64,000 nt of DNA from Raillietiella orientalis (taxonomy: Eukaryota), in assembly GCA_036172245.1 (NCBI GenBank), contig JAYWIR010000036.1, positions 1,488,001 to 1,552,000 on the forward strand, written 5' to 3'. This document shows positions 1 to 20,382 of this stretch, one piece after another (position 1 is the stretch's first letter; each line of letters starts with the position of its first letter). The translations under genes were made by a program, and so were the position numbers. The notes under the pieces are model-generated. The model made no database searches, had not been told where the DNA came from, and was given only the letters and a program-made list of their open reading frames with translations.

Positions 1-3000
1 AAGGAAACAAATCTTCAGCCAGTATGTGGCTCCTGCTTTCGAATCTCAGTCGTCGTGCCTTTGGATCTGACTCCAAGGACACCGAGTATTTTTTGCAAGT
101 ATTCTCATGAAATTGCTCGTATGTACAACCTGCCGTACAGCCATCACAGCTTTGCCTCGTATCCTAAAGAAACCAAAGAAATTGCACAAAAGTGTCCTGT
201 CTTGTCCTCGTTCTTTCACTTTCTCGAAAATTCTCTCGCTTCCAGATATTCCCTCGTAACTTTTGATTTTTATTTGATCTGCCACTTCCTCGATTTGTTT
301 AGCTGTTGGGACCGCTCATCATCGTCCCATCTCTTGCCGGAATGCTTAGGTGCGGTCGGTCACACTTGAAACACATAAACTCAAAGGGGAAGAGAACGAT
401 GAGAAAACTCTTCATGAGTGCAGCATATGGAATTCGCCCATCGAGTCTTAATTTTCCGAGACATTTCCATCCATTCGCTCCATTGGAAACTGACTTCTTG
501 AAATACAGGAATCTTCTGTAATCGCGGTGTATCATTAGGTGCCCCACGCTCGCTTCCTCTGAAAACTATCGGGCTATCAGCATTAAGTATACCGATGTTC
601 ATCCACACTTCCTGCGATCCTGAGAACAAATCGTCACACTAAAGTAATAGGAGGTGATGATGATAATTCCTCAAGAAAACAGTATTCTGAGTGTTGTAGC
701 TGTTATATTCCTCAGCCTAGAATCTCCATGAGAGAGTCCTCTTTTGTTTGCGCTCACGTGCAACTTGAAAGTCATCCCTCTGAGAACTTTGCAGTTTTCA
801 ACAGGCAAATTTCCGAGTCAGTTCTTGGAATCTGATCAAAACTTGGAAAGGTGCATCTTCACATAGGTGAAGAAGTTCAGTTGAGATTAGATCACTGTTC
901 TGGAGGAGACGAATCTCTCGTGTGTTCAAGAGACATGTCTAAAACAGCACAAGCAAGGGAATAGCTTGTACCAATCCTCTTATCGTTGCACCGTTATATA
1001 TCTGTTTAGCTAATACCCAGCTTACATTACTGAGGGCTGGGGACTCATTCTTCACAAGCAGAGTACGAAAGTCATTCTACAGTCAGTGACGGCGATGAGA
1101 AAAAGGTCTCTGCAAAGCCAAGCACGTGCGCTGTTATTCCGAAATGAGCCATTTGAATAAAATAAATTTTAAATTGAAAACATGAGTTTGGGTAGCCCAC
1201 TGGCGTCCAAAAGACTTAGTGCAGCATGCCAACGTCCACAGTCCTAATGGAACAATAATTTGCATTTATCATTCAGAATGATCATGCTATTTAATTTCAG
1301 GTTAGTTGAATGCTAGCAAATGTTTGAAACCATCGCAATTCGTTAAGTATATTTGAAATTGTCATCACTTTTGCAAAAGAAAATTCAGCATACACACGAA
1401 CACATCATTATCACTTATGCCACCAGCACTTAGAAGGTCTCCTCACTTGCAAAAATAATAATAGCTCTATGCAGACATTAAGATCCCTGATTCCAGAGAT
1501 AACTTATGGAGAGATGATCTGCTGAAGACATGCCCCAAGATGAATTTCAGTTTTGCATTTCTCAAACAGATTGATACTGTAGATGATGATGCAATGAAAA
1601 GCAAAAATGAACGAGAAACAATTTCCTAGGCTTCCCAGAATTTGAAGCAAGAGTTTACAAAGAAAATCATAGCATCATTATTTGGCAATAGACGAGGATT
1701 ACTTTGGATAGATATTATAGAGCGCGGGAGAGATTAATGGAAGAAGTGGAAGACTAAGGGACTTAAGAGTCACCAAGAAGAAAAAGACATAACCAATGAA
1801 TACAGATGTCGGATTATGGCATGAAAGTGCCTGGCATGAAATATTCCCAGCAAAACGATTCTCCATAGTTGTTCTCAGGTGTACTGACGTACCCTCGTTC
1901 CATTTGCTTTTGATTAATGTGCCTTTTTTGTTAGGAAAGATTTAAAATATAGAAAAGTGGACAAAACTGAGAAGCTCCAACTATAACGAAAACTGAAAAA
2001 TTCCCAACAGCATTCCCGAAAGTGCCAACGATTTCTAATCTGAGATAAGAACTCCACCAATGAAAAAGTTAAATTTATCCTGATATTTTGCAAACATTAT
2101 ATCTCCATATGCCAACGGTAAATTTAATTATTATCTGTGGTTTCGCTTTGAAAGAATAATTGTGGAAACTGCACACCCTTTACATGTGAAGTCTTTCCGA
2201 AAGCATTTAGAAAACAGAATTCTAAAGATTCACATAAATTGGAAAGCCTTCGATACCTGATTCATAATGTATACTTACTAAATCTCAATTACAACGGAAA
2301 CTATAAGCGACAAAAAGGCATAAAAGATCAAATCAGAGCAAGTCATCTCAAAAGCAGCTATCAGTAACTTCATTTGGAGTAAAAAAAAATTCGGAAAACA
2401 GTGGCATCTAGTGAAGAAGAAGAGGAAAATATTTGAAATAACAAATAAGCTTTATCGAAACACGAAGAATCTGCGTTGGATTTTGACTTTCTTTTGTGAA
2501 AATCAAAATGAAACTTTCGAATTTTAAACTGTTTTCACTTCTATTATCTGAAGTAAAAAACAGATCCTTCTGCATATTTCTCTAAGGAGTAATCTTAGGA
2601 GAGTTTTATTGGCAATGCAAATACCATATGTTTTCTCGTTATATGTTGAATCTCATGGCATAGATTCCGATGCTGTTGATTTAACACGCAATGCAAATGC
2701 AAACGGAAGTGTACACATTGCTCAGATGACAATGTGTGGATACAAGGAAGGATGACCACTCCTGACAACAGACTGCGCGAAACATGAAATATTGGCCCCA
2801 TGATGTGAGAACAGAATATGAACTCTTAAATATTAAAAATAAAAAAAATTACTTGTCATCCAAATTGCCTTCCAGTCTCTCTCTCCATAATGTTCCTCAC
2901 TGACATATTCATGCTAAAAAGCTTAGATGAAAATTTAACCGATGGAAAAAATCATCTGGTCCGTCTGAGTGGTTGCATTTTAGATGTAAACCAGATCTTT

Positions 3001-4384
3001 TAACCAGGACACTAAGAACTTTGGGTTCATCCAATATTTACAAGTATTCCGAGTACTGAACCATCTATGTAATCCTGGAGAAAGTTGGTGCTAAACTGTC
3101 TCTTCAGAACTATGGTTACATCCCCTTTCCTAGCATTTTTCTAGAAACAAAGGAGAATGGTTTCGGCAAGTTCTTTTTCAAGTTTTGGCTCAGTCTCGGC
3201 TTCCGAGTGAAATCCTCCGGATGTTTGCTGGAGACACCCTCCGGAGAAAATCCTGAGGTGCATAGAAAAGAGATTGCTTGGGAGTTTATTGGTAGCTCGC
3301 AAGCGAGGGACCTTCATTTCAGGAAAAGTTTGCATGCAAACCAGGCTTTCGTATGGAATCATTAACCATCATCATGAATAAATTTCGGCACCGTGGGCAG
3401 CAACCAGTTTTTGCTTTTTGCAAAACGATATAGTTCCAGGACCTATTGCACTTTGTTAACCTACTCCTTGGCCTACACCTTTGTGTTGCAGTATGCACAC
3501 GTGCATGCAATAGATGGTGCAGAAACACGGCGAGCACAAAATAAATGGTTTCATTTGCATGAGGTTTTTTTTTTTTTTTTTTTTTTTTAATGCATGTACA
3601 GCAAGCTGTGTGTGGTATTCGACGTTGTTTTCGATTTTTCAAAAATCAACTTCCACGTTGATTTTCGAGTGTGGAATGAAAGCTACAAATCTGTTTCAAC
3701 TTTGGCCCCACCACAGATTCTCACGTAGAGCGAGGTCACATGGAATTTTACGTTTGATTTCAGCAGGAACGCATTCTGAAACAATTTCTTTAAGATAATT
3801 TGTCGGTTGCATAACGTTCTTTATCAGATTGATATGCCTAGCAGGTAGCTTCTGGGTACTCGCACAGCTCACCAAAAAGGTCTCCGAAGCAACACTTTAT
3901 GTAAAAGAACCTCAGTTGCTAATGTTTGTTTTAACTGAAGGAGATTTTTGATGTAAGAGTTTGTGCTTTACTTTGCTGCGATTAAAAAGTAATACTTTTA
4001 GATGTTTTTCTACAGAAGTTGACAATTGCATTTTTTTTTTTTGAAAAAAAAAAAAAAACTCACTGGAAATCCGTGAGAAGTCGTTTGTTAATTGAAACTG
4101 ATGTGTGTGCATGATTTGAAACTTGTAACTGAAGTACATGTATTTCTGAATACGAAAACTGAAGCCCCTAAAATTGCAGTAGCATATGATTTTGCTTTTA
4201 GTACCAAAGGGTAGCTATCTCTTACAGGCCCAATCTAGATTCAAATAAAGTGCCCGAAATGAATGCAATCAGGATGAAGTTTTTATAAAATCTAAATACG
4301 TTATTTCATAAGTAGCTAAACAGATTTTTGTATTATTCCTGTTTTAGTGGTGATTGGTATTAGTCTTTCATAAAACATTCCAAA

Positions 4385-11133
<6,749 letters not shown>

Positions 11134-14100
11134 AATACCTAAGAATTGCTGGCAGTTTTTCATGTTTTCAGAAAATGTATTTAGTGATATGTAGCCTAGT
11201 CACATCTTGTCACAATTTTACTGGTACTCAATCCATGAAGTGAACTCTACCGTACAAATAGGGTACTTATTAGAAATATAGTAGATTTGTATTTTCTTTT
11301 GGTATATTTATTTTGCTGTTTGAGCTCTTGATAATTCCTGAAACAGCAATTTAACTCAGGGGGACTAAAGATTGATATAAGAATTTGTATCAAATTTTAT
11401 GGGATTGTTGTACAAAACCAAGGCTTGCAGAAAGTTTATGTGGGTTTCCTGAAAAGTATTGTTTTCTTCTTACATTCCTAGTAGTGTGAATCAAATGGCT
11501 TTATTTATTGGAAATATTTATCTGAAACTGATTCCCAGTGATTTCATCTGTAACTTGTTAATGCCTTGATATTCATCAGAAGTGAAGGATGTTGGTATGA
11601 CGAAGCATATCATATCATAATTTATAATTATAAATTATCTGATATCAAAAGTTCCTCCTTGTACTCATTCTTGGAAAAAATTCTGCTATACTCTTGTATG
11701 GATGTCTGCAAATAATCCTCAGTTGACTTTCACTTACAAAGAAGCCAGTTGGCACAAGAAGAATGGTTATTTCGAATTAGATATTTAGATAATTCAGTCT
11801 GAAAGCAACAGTGAATATCCTTAATACTTTCCCTGTACATCTGATAGTTATTTTGATTCAGTCACATACAGGAACTGATTTGTTTGTGATTTTTACCCTC
11901 AGTGGGCGAGCCGGTAAGTGGTACCTCGACATATATAACGGATTTGTGCTCTTTCAGTTTGACATGCTGGGTGCTTAGTCCCAAAGTCGAGAGTTATCAG
12001 GTTGGTATTGTTAACAAGTGAAGTGTGTTTTAGCGTTATTTGGCATCTCTGAGGAAGGAAATATTTGTTTTCCAGTACATCAGAATATATTATGATTTTT
12101 TTTTGTTTTCCTCGACATATCTGTGATTGGTAAGAATAGTGCAGAAGTGTGGCTCGAAAAAGTGCTGTGGTTTATTTGGATTCACAGACCACCGAATGCA
12201 TTCAAGCAGACGGTGATTTGAAAGGAGAGCAAGAGATTTTTAGTGCCCCAAATATAAGTTTTCGTCAGGATACCGCTTCGGAACCAATATTTTTCAGAAT
12301 GTACAAATTCGAGATGCTTTTATTTCCTTCTATGTGTCCCGTTGCTAAAGAAAATAGGGTACATGCATTCTAACTTATTCGCTTGCTCGTGTCCCAGTTT
12401 CTAAACTGAAAGAGGAACAAAGGAATTGACCCTTATGGAGTTTGTGCTTTGGAGAATTCATGGAAGCTGTTATTGAATTATATCTTGAATTTCATGTATG
12501 GACAATGCTTATGAATCCTTTTTTGAATTGCTTAAGATTCAAAAACACCTCCAAAGAATTTCGGATTCTTTCAGTGGTTCTGTTTTTAAAGGTCAAAACG
12601 GTTCTTAGAAGCTCGTGTGCGCCATTTTGAAGTCTTTTCCGGACTCAACATATGCAAAAATTCCGAAATTCGGTGCTAAAACTTGGGATTCTGTGTTTAT
12701 TGGAGCCACTTACGTGTTTAAAAGAAAGGGTCATCACGAGATTTCATCTTCTTTTGAATGATCTCGTACTGAAATGCAGTAAGGTTCATAATCAGAGTTG
12801 CATTGGAATATTCATGGGAGCATACGGAGCATCGAAGTACTCCAAGACTTTAAGCTACATGATCTTTTTTTTTTTTTGTATGACCTATACCATTAATCAA
12901 CAAATGTGTTTTCTAATAGGTGCGTCTTTAGGTGATTAAATATCTTCGACATTCCAGAAATGTTAAGAACATTTATCTTTTATCATCATGGAAGAAGGAA
13001 TCACCTTTACTTGACGATAGGTAAAGATGCCGACTTTTGGTTATGCAGTCTTAAGCTGAAGAACTGCACTTGGTTAATCACATTTTACACAATTTAGGAT
13101 ATCTTGATACAACTCAGCCGAGATCTTCAAAGCAGCGGTTGTGTGCAGGATTCTGCTTTAACGTCTCTCCTATCGAAAATGCTCGGGTTCGAAAAACGAG
13201 GAGAAGGGGAAACCTCTCAAGGGAGGTCGCGTGCTGTTTGTACACAGACAGTGATTCTCTGTGTCGGAGACGGAAGAGACATTAGCTCAGGAAAGGAATA
13301 TCCTTGGAGGGCTAGTGGTATGAGGTTCTTACGCAGGAACATTCTAGGAACTGAAATTCCTGTTCGAAAAGTAGAGAAAGGCAGTTTTTTGCAACGGAGC
13401 AGGGACTTGCACATCAATCGTTTTGGCTGGATGAGGAGGAGCCGAGGAATTTTCTAAGAAAGAAAGCGTACACCTACGTAAGAATGCTCTCTGCCTCGAA
13501 AGGCGAAATGGAAAGTTGAAAATCTGACTGCAGGACTGAACGCACATGGGCACTGGGCACTGGTCTTTCTTCGCAGATTCACGAACCCACCAGTGCATAC
13601 GCGAAGGAAGCAGCCATCCCCTCAGGCGAACACCTGTTGCAAATGCGAAACTGGGAATCATGATCGGAACAACGAGAGCTCCAGATAAAAACCCACCCCT
13701 ATGTGGAAAGATTTTCCGTTGAAGAACTTGCAGGAACGAAACCCCCCCCTCGGAGCGCGAATAGCCCTCCCTGGATTGAGCACGAAGTTCCTGATGAACG
13801 TTTCTGCTCTACCGAACCATCTGAAGCGGGGGGTGCTCAGGTGGGGGGTGTTTTCTCGTCTGTTGATTTCGGAGACTAGGAAGACCTGTAGTTTCATTCT
13901 GGCATCCGACCCTATAACCCTCACTTCGCACCGTGCATTGCTCTCAAGGCCTTCAACGTGACGGGTTGGTGGCGGTGGTAGTTTAACTTTCGCGCGGAGA
14001 CGGAAGTCGGAGGACCTTCGATGCGTTCTGAGAGCGTGTGGCGGGAACTGAGATTTGATTCTCCTTGGAACGGAGGGATCCCGATGGAGCGTATTGGCGG

Positions 14101-14422
14101 GAACGTGTCGAACGGCTTCTTAGGAAAGGCCATCAAGAATGCAATCTGAAATCGGAACCGAGATCGGTTGCTGAGCTCGCATGCAAGGCTCATGGAACGC
14201 TGCTATGCAAGGAGACCAAAAGTGGTATCTTCCATAGAAACAAGCACCGGAAGAACTTCGAAAGAATTCTCTCCAGATTTGGCTCCGGATGAAGCGAGAT
14301 TCTGGAGAGAGCGGGAGGTGTGCGTTTGAACCGGAAGGGAATGCCAGGTCGGTCCCCTCGTGACCACTAGGTGACCGACGCGACCTAGAAAGGCGAGACC
14401 TTCCCTCCACGGGATTTTCTCA

Positions 14423-14752
14423 CTACGGAAGGAAGGAGATGAGGAACAATGCCCAGCACAACCAGCATCCGAGAACGAAATCCCAGACTCTGCCGGGTCC
14501 AAAGGATGACGCGAAAGCAGCGGCAGCAAACGTGGCGACTTCCTTCCCAGCGCACGAGTCGTTCGCGAGCATGGTCAGCTGCCGCATTCGATACCGTCCC
14601 GGTCAGAATTGCTACATGCCGCGCAGCTCGGGTGGCGGCAACGGGTGACGGCTCACCTGCTCGAGGAGACACTTGTTCTTCTCTTGCTCCTTCCGGATCA
14701 GCGGGTAGTACATCTTCTCGACCTGAAACGCAATGTCCAAGTGATTCTTCGT
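14423..14752 (-). CDS. Probable terminal exons (14657-14752 and 14423-14578) of a coiled-coil protein with a hydrophobic C-terminus; possibly the 3' end of the gene above
   Basis: CAG|GTGAGC donor and GGCAG| acceptor join in phase 0 to give ...YPLIRKEQEKNKCLLEQ|LTMLAND...VWDFVLGCWLCWALFLISFLP*. The link to the upstream exons is not demonstrated. Confidence 0.35.
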
Positions 14753-15713
14753 CTGCGGCAAGGCAGTTGGTCGGAAAGTCCCGCGCTCGACGTCGCTAAG
14801 CACCCCTCGTCCCTCCGCGTTTACCTCTCCCCGTTTGTCCTCTTCCTCGCTTCCCCACTACCTCTGCGCGTGACTCCCGAGAACCCAGCGCTGCTGCAGC
14901 AGATACTCAGCACCAGCAGAGCTACTCGCCATTGCCAGGTCTCGCCCGAAGCACCCCCTCCAGTCTCCGGCGGTAATGAGGGGGCGCTCCTTGAGGGTGG
15001 GTCAAAGGTTGGGCGACCTCCGACCACGAGGACTCCCCCCCTCCGAGGGAGGTGACCACGAGGACACCTCCCTTGCCCGCCCTCAATGCTTGCGCGCGCG
15101 CCTACTTGGAGAGGTTCTCTACGGCGCCCGTGCCTTCCGGTGGAGACCACCTCGACCTCGAAGGCTCCCAAGGACGGCGTTTCCGAACTGGGTGCCCCAA
15201 GGGGGGCTTCGGACCATTGCGAGACACCGTTCCGCGCCTTCTTTCCAGTCTTGCTCTCTTCCATCTGTTTCCCTGGCAACCCTACCCTCTCTCCTCTGCT
15301 TCCTCCGAAGGAAGACCGCCTCCTCCCCTTGAGAGCGGCACCGCACGCGCGCTGGGCGACGAGAATGGCCAAGGGCGCGCCTTCGAAGCCCGGACGCACC
15401 CCAGAGGACTTTCACGCCCACCACGAGTCCGCCAACCTGCCGGCGACGGCGAGCCCCAAGGAAAGGACTCCCGGCTGGTCATTCAGTAGGAACCGTCCGG
15501 TAGGTGGTCGAAAAGGGAGCATAAGAGATAGAGAAAGAAGATGGGTGGCAGAGACCCGTAGGCGAGCAAGGAGACCGCCGTGGGTGAGACTTCGGCCCCG
15601 GGAAGGTCGGAAAAGAGGAGCGGCTTCGGCGAACGATCCTTAGTTCCCCATCCCACCCCACTTTCGCTTTCCCTGAAGGAGCTTGCCAGAAGAATTCCGC
15701 CTGCGCGACCCAC

Positions 15714-18700
15714 CTCCTCTTTTGAGCGGCACAGCTGCCCAGCGATCTGCACCTCCAGATTGTACATCCTATCGCTCCAGAGCTGCGTGGCCTCTAGAAT
15801 GATGTCACGGCTGCGGGCCGATTCCAGGATTCTCTCCTCCGCCTCCGCCACCTCCTCCAGAACGGTCCTGAGGGCACGATCCAGCACTTCCAGCTGACGC
15901 TCGACGCGAGGCTTCTCCAGGGACTCCGGGGTAAGGACAGACGCAGCATGGCAGGAGAGTTTCCGTCTTCCCTTCCCGGAGGTTGGATGTGACCCGTTGG
16001 GACCTCCCCCGCAGACCGCTTCCTCTTCCCGCGACTCCCGGAGAGCGGCCTCCGCGTCCGACAGTTCCTCGTGCTGCTTCCTGACGTTGTCCAGCGCCAG
16101 GCGCAGGTCGCCCAGACGCAGCTCCCCGTCGCACTCCTAGAGGATAAGGCAGGGGAGGGGGAGCGACTTTCGAGGGCTATGGTGCCGGCGCCAGCCGCAC
16201 CTTTCCCTGTCGGACGCGCCCCGAAAATGACGGAAGGCGACCTGGAGGCAGGGGGAATCGCGCGGCTTTCGGGGTCTTCCCGGAGTCCCGCACCCTCCCT
16301 CGGGGGCGCCGCTCCCTACCCCTCCGGAATTCCTCGAGGGTCCCCGGCCGGGCGCCAGCCCTCGGTCCCTCTCCGCTCACCTCCTGCTGCAGCTTCCTCA
16401 GCAGTGCGTGGAGCTCCTGGGACGCCTGCCGGGCAGCATGCGCGACTCTGGAGATCTGTCCCAGGAGCAGTCGCGCCTCATCCCTGCAGCGTCGGGCGGT
16501 TGCGCGCAGGCAGCGCCCGCGGCGCAGCACCCGCTCCGCCCTGAAGGACAGCAGCAGGCTCTCGAGCCGGCGGGAGCGCGCTCGTCCGGAGAGGTCCCTG
16601 GTACGGGCACGGGCGCGATCCAGCTCTTCTGCCAGCAGCTTCGCCTCCTCGCCCCGCTCCTCCGACTCCTCGGCCAGCGCCTCCAGGCGTTCCTTCGCGA
16701 GGCGCACCCGCCGCCTCGCGCACTCCGTTTGCTCCTGAGTCCGATTCCGGGACTCGGTGCTGCGGATCTGAAGAACAGGGGCGGAACCTGCGGGTCAGCA
16801 GGGTCCCAAAAGAGCACCAGGGAGGCAGTGGAGGCGGGGGAGAATCCCTGGACCGCACAAACGGGCGCTGCCTTCCTGGGCGCGCGCGCCGGGTCCGAGG
16901 GCAGGGACAGCCATCGCGATCCGTTCCTCTCCCCTTCTCCCCACCCGCCTCCTCCAGAGCCTCCCCCCACGGGACGGAATGCTTACCAGAGACCTCGAGA
17001 CGGCGTCTTTGAGCGAGAGCAGGTCGTCCCTCGAGGCCCCACCGGTCTCAAGGACCTCCCTTGAGAGGACCAGAGCGCTCTCGCCCGTACTCGCCGCCAG
17101 CACCTTCCTCTCCTTCCGGACGGTCATCCTCTTCTTCCGCAGGAGGGTCGCCTGCTCGCCCAGCGATTCGGCGCGCTTCTTCATGTCGAGCACCTCCGCC
17201 TTACGGCTCCGGATGGCGCAGAGAAGCTCCCTCGCCAGGGTACGCTCCTCCTTGGCAACGTCCCCCAGGGCTGCCACCTTCCGGCGCAGCGCATCTTCTT
17301 CCAGGGCTGCCGAGGAAGTCGCCGAGCACAGAGAGGTCAGCGCCCTCGTCAACAACCCGACCTGAAGAGCATGCAGTGGAAGGAAGGCGCCGCCGTCTCT
17401 TCCAGGAATACTGTGGCCCGGGAAGGAGTTGCCTGCACAAGCGGCCGCGATGCAACAGAGGACGGGCGCTCCAGGGAGCGCCGCACTCTCGAGCCTTCCT
17501 CCTGCCCGGAGGCTACCCTGCTCCGTCTATCCCTTGTCGTGCCGCCTAGGAAGCGGCGCGCTTTCCGAGAGAATGCCCGTTCGGAAACGAGGAGGAAGGG
17601 AAAAGGGAGGAGGAGGAGGGGAAGAGAGCAGGACGAGGAGGAGGAAGGAGAGAAGAAGAAGGGGAGGAACAGGGAAGGAGGAGGAGGAAAGGAGGAGAAC
17701 CAGAACTCGGGAGTATGGGAAAACCTCACTTCCCGCCTCGGCGGCAGAATTCCGTAACCGAGGAGGGGCAGAGGCTCCTTCACCGTGGGATATCCTCTTC
17801 CTTCCTCTCTGGCCGCCTCGGATGCTTTTGAGGGCCTCCCGGAGAGGACGAGACGCCACACGCCAACGCGCAGCCTTCCCGAAAGTACAGCGCCCTTTCT
17901 CCTCGGAAGAGACTCCTAGTAAGAGCGCATTCCCCGTGGGCTCACCCGGTTCCTCAAGGCTCCTGCTGACGCGCCACTCTGCTCCACCTTCGTGCGCATG
18001 GACTCCGCCTCGATCGACGAGGCGAGCTGCTCTGCGCGGGTCATCCGCAGGGTCGCCTCCACGTCTTCCCGGAGCCGCTCGTTCCGTTCCCTTTCCTGCT
18101 CCAGCAGCTGCTGCTGTCCGCGCAGGGTGCTACCCAGGACCGTCTCCTTAGCGACCAGCGCGCACGCCTCGTCCCAGAGCTCGCTAAGGAGCTGCTTCAT
18201 CCTCACGAGGGAAGGATCCGGCACGGTTCTCTGGGACTCCTGCTTCTCCCCCAGCTGCTGCTGCAGATCTGCGAGCCTCTCACGTTGGAATTTGACCTGG
18301 GGAAGAGAGAGAGGGAGGGAGGTGGGAGTGGCATCGATCTCACAGGTGACCCAGACGGGAGTGCGGGCGTTCCTTAGAGGGTTCGAGGAGCAGCAGAAGT
18401 ACCACCGCCAGCGCCGCCACCTGGCTTTCCGTTGCCAGCTGCCTGCTGCTAGTTTCGGCACTTCTGGACAGTCTGAGGCCCTGAAGCCAGGAAACCCGCG
18501 GTCGGTGGCTCCCGGCATTCTTTTTCCCTTGAGGGTGGCACCTCCTCTGTGTCGATCCAGGTCTGTCTCCAGTCGGGTAGGGTCAACCGCATGTATCGTC
18601 TATACCGTCTGGGGGTCCCCGGCCTCCCTGATTTTCTCCTTAGCACTGCTGAAGCAGTGCGCCCTGAGGCGAGATGTTGATGACATCACTGCGCAGCTCT

Positions 18701-20382
18701 CGGAGTGGACGACCGGCCTTTTCCTCGGAAACCTTCTACGTGTTGGCGCAGATGCGCCCGAGGGGGGTCCGCGGCATTAGTGCACCTTTAGCCGTGTGAA
18801 CCCGCGGATAGTGCTCCGCCACACGGAACAGGGACTGAGCCGATGGACGATCTGCCGGCCCAGAACGGCACCTTGGGCGGTCTACGAACTCATCGGGGCC
18901 AGGGTGTTCGTGGCCCGGAGCGCCTCCGGTACCGAGGAGACCTCCTCCTTGCACCCCGGTTCGGTTTCGGAGTTCCCCTGAGGGCGTCTCTGCGCTCTTC
19001 TCAAAGACGAGTGGAGGCGACCTTTCTCCCCGCGTCTCTCGACGGAGAGGAGTGGAACTCCTCCAGGACCATGCTTCCAGGGCGAGGGTGCAGCTTTCCG
19101 GGAATCTGATGTGCCAACGCTCTGAAAGAGCGCCCCGGAAAAAAAAAAAAAAGAGCGTTTTTGGGATCTACGCCGCTGGAGGCTCCCCCTCTGCGCCCTC
19201 GTTGGGGCGACTTGCGTACGAGGGCATCGCGTCTTTCCTTACGAGCACGAGGACGTCTGCGGCGCTGCGAGGGGAAGACGCCCATCGGGATGGGGGTGGG
19301 TAGAAAAGAAGAGCAACCTCTTCGAGGGGTGGTTGGTCGTCCGATGCCCTTGAAGAGGGCGGTATCCAAGAGATACACAGCGGAGCAAGGCCAGGAAAGG
19401 GAGGAAGCAGCCCTGAAAGCTCCCCTGGAGGTAGCGGTCGGTGGGGAGTTCCCGGTCAGCACGAAGCGGGTGCTCAGTGCTGCCCGAGGGCGGATTCCCT
19501 ACAATGGCTCTTCCTGATGGAGCGCTACCCTCCGTCCCTGCTCACCTTCCCGACGAGCTCCTCGAGGTACGCCCGCAGGCTCGACCTGCCCATTCGAGTC
19601 TCCGAGAGCTCCCGGCGGAGCTCCTCGATTTCCCTGGCCAGGTAGAACATCCGTCCGTCCATCCTGTGGGCCTGGTCCAGGGAGCGTTCCAGGGAGTTCC
19701 TCTCCATCGACAGGCTGCTCCTCAGGTAGGAGGGCTCCACGCCCACCTGCGAGCTCCTGACCGCCTCTGCCGCAGAGATGAGGCGCTTCGAGGTGGAGAT
19801 CTCGCTCTGAGCGATCACGTGGTCGTGGCGGATCTCCTTGATCTCCCTTTTGACCACCTGGATCCTGCTGCAGAGGCAGCTCAGCTTCCTGACCAGGGAC
19901 GTGGCGCAGTCCTCGGAGCACTGGAAGAGCGGCAAGTGGGGTCGAGGAGGAGGCGAATTTCACAGGAAGGGAGCCGTCCGGAAATGGAGAGCAAAACAAG
20001 AAAAAGCCCCGCAGCTCCCCGGAGCAAGTAGACACAGCAAGAAGACGGAACTCCAGGAAAGAAGAGCAGAAGGAATGAGGGAAGAGGAGGAGTACGGGAG
20101 GAGGAGAGAAGAGGAAGAAGAAGAGAGGAGTACGGGAGGAGGAGGAGGAAGAGGACAAAAAAGCAAAAAAAAGGGGGGGAGGGGGAGGAACGCCAAAAAG
20201 ATCGCGACGTTCATCCTTCCTTCCCGTTTCTCTTCCTCCTCGTTCCCTTCACCTCGCCGGAAAGGATCCAGGGGGGGAGAGCAACTCACCTCGCTCATGC
20301 TGGCGCGAGTCTCATCGAGGTCCTCGTCGCGGTGGCTCGCCCTTTCGATGGCTTCCACTCTTTCGACTATACTCATCGCCAT
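15714..20382 (-). CDS. Uncharacterised multi-exon coiled-coil protein (partial model). Best-supported exons: 20290-20382, 19546-19920, 17946-18296, 16987-17361, 16381-16767, about 15714-16136
   Basis: A series of open, E/R/K/L/A-rich helical segments (e.g. LAREIEELRRELSETR, RERLADLQQQLGEKQ, LEVLDRALRTVLEEVAEAEERILE). The internal ones are bounded by pyrimidine-AG acceptors and GTGAG/GTAAG donors, all in phase 0. I recognise no family; the 5' end, 3' end and intervening small exons are unresolved. Confidence 0.6.

Noticed and set aside
1..3900. Possible gene upstream of V-ATPase B
   Set aside because: Some splice-like signals and short open segments exist, but I could build no consistent exon chain or recognisable peptide.
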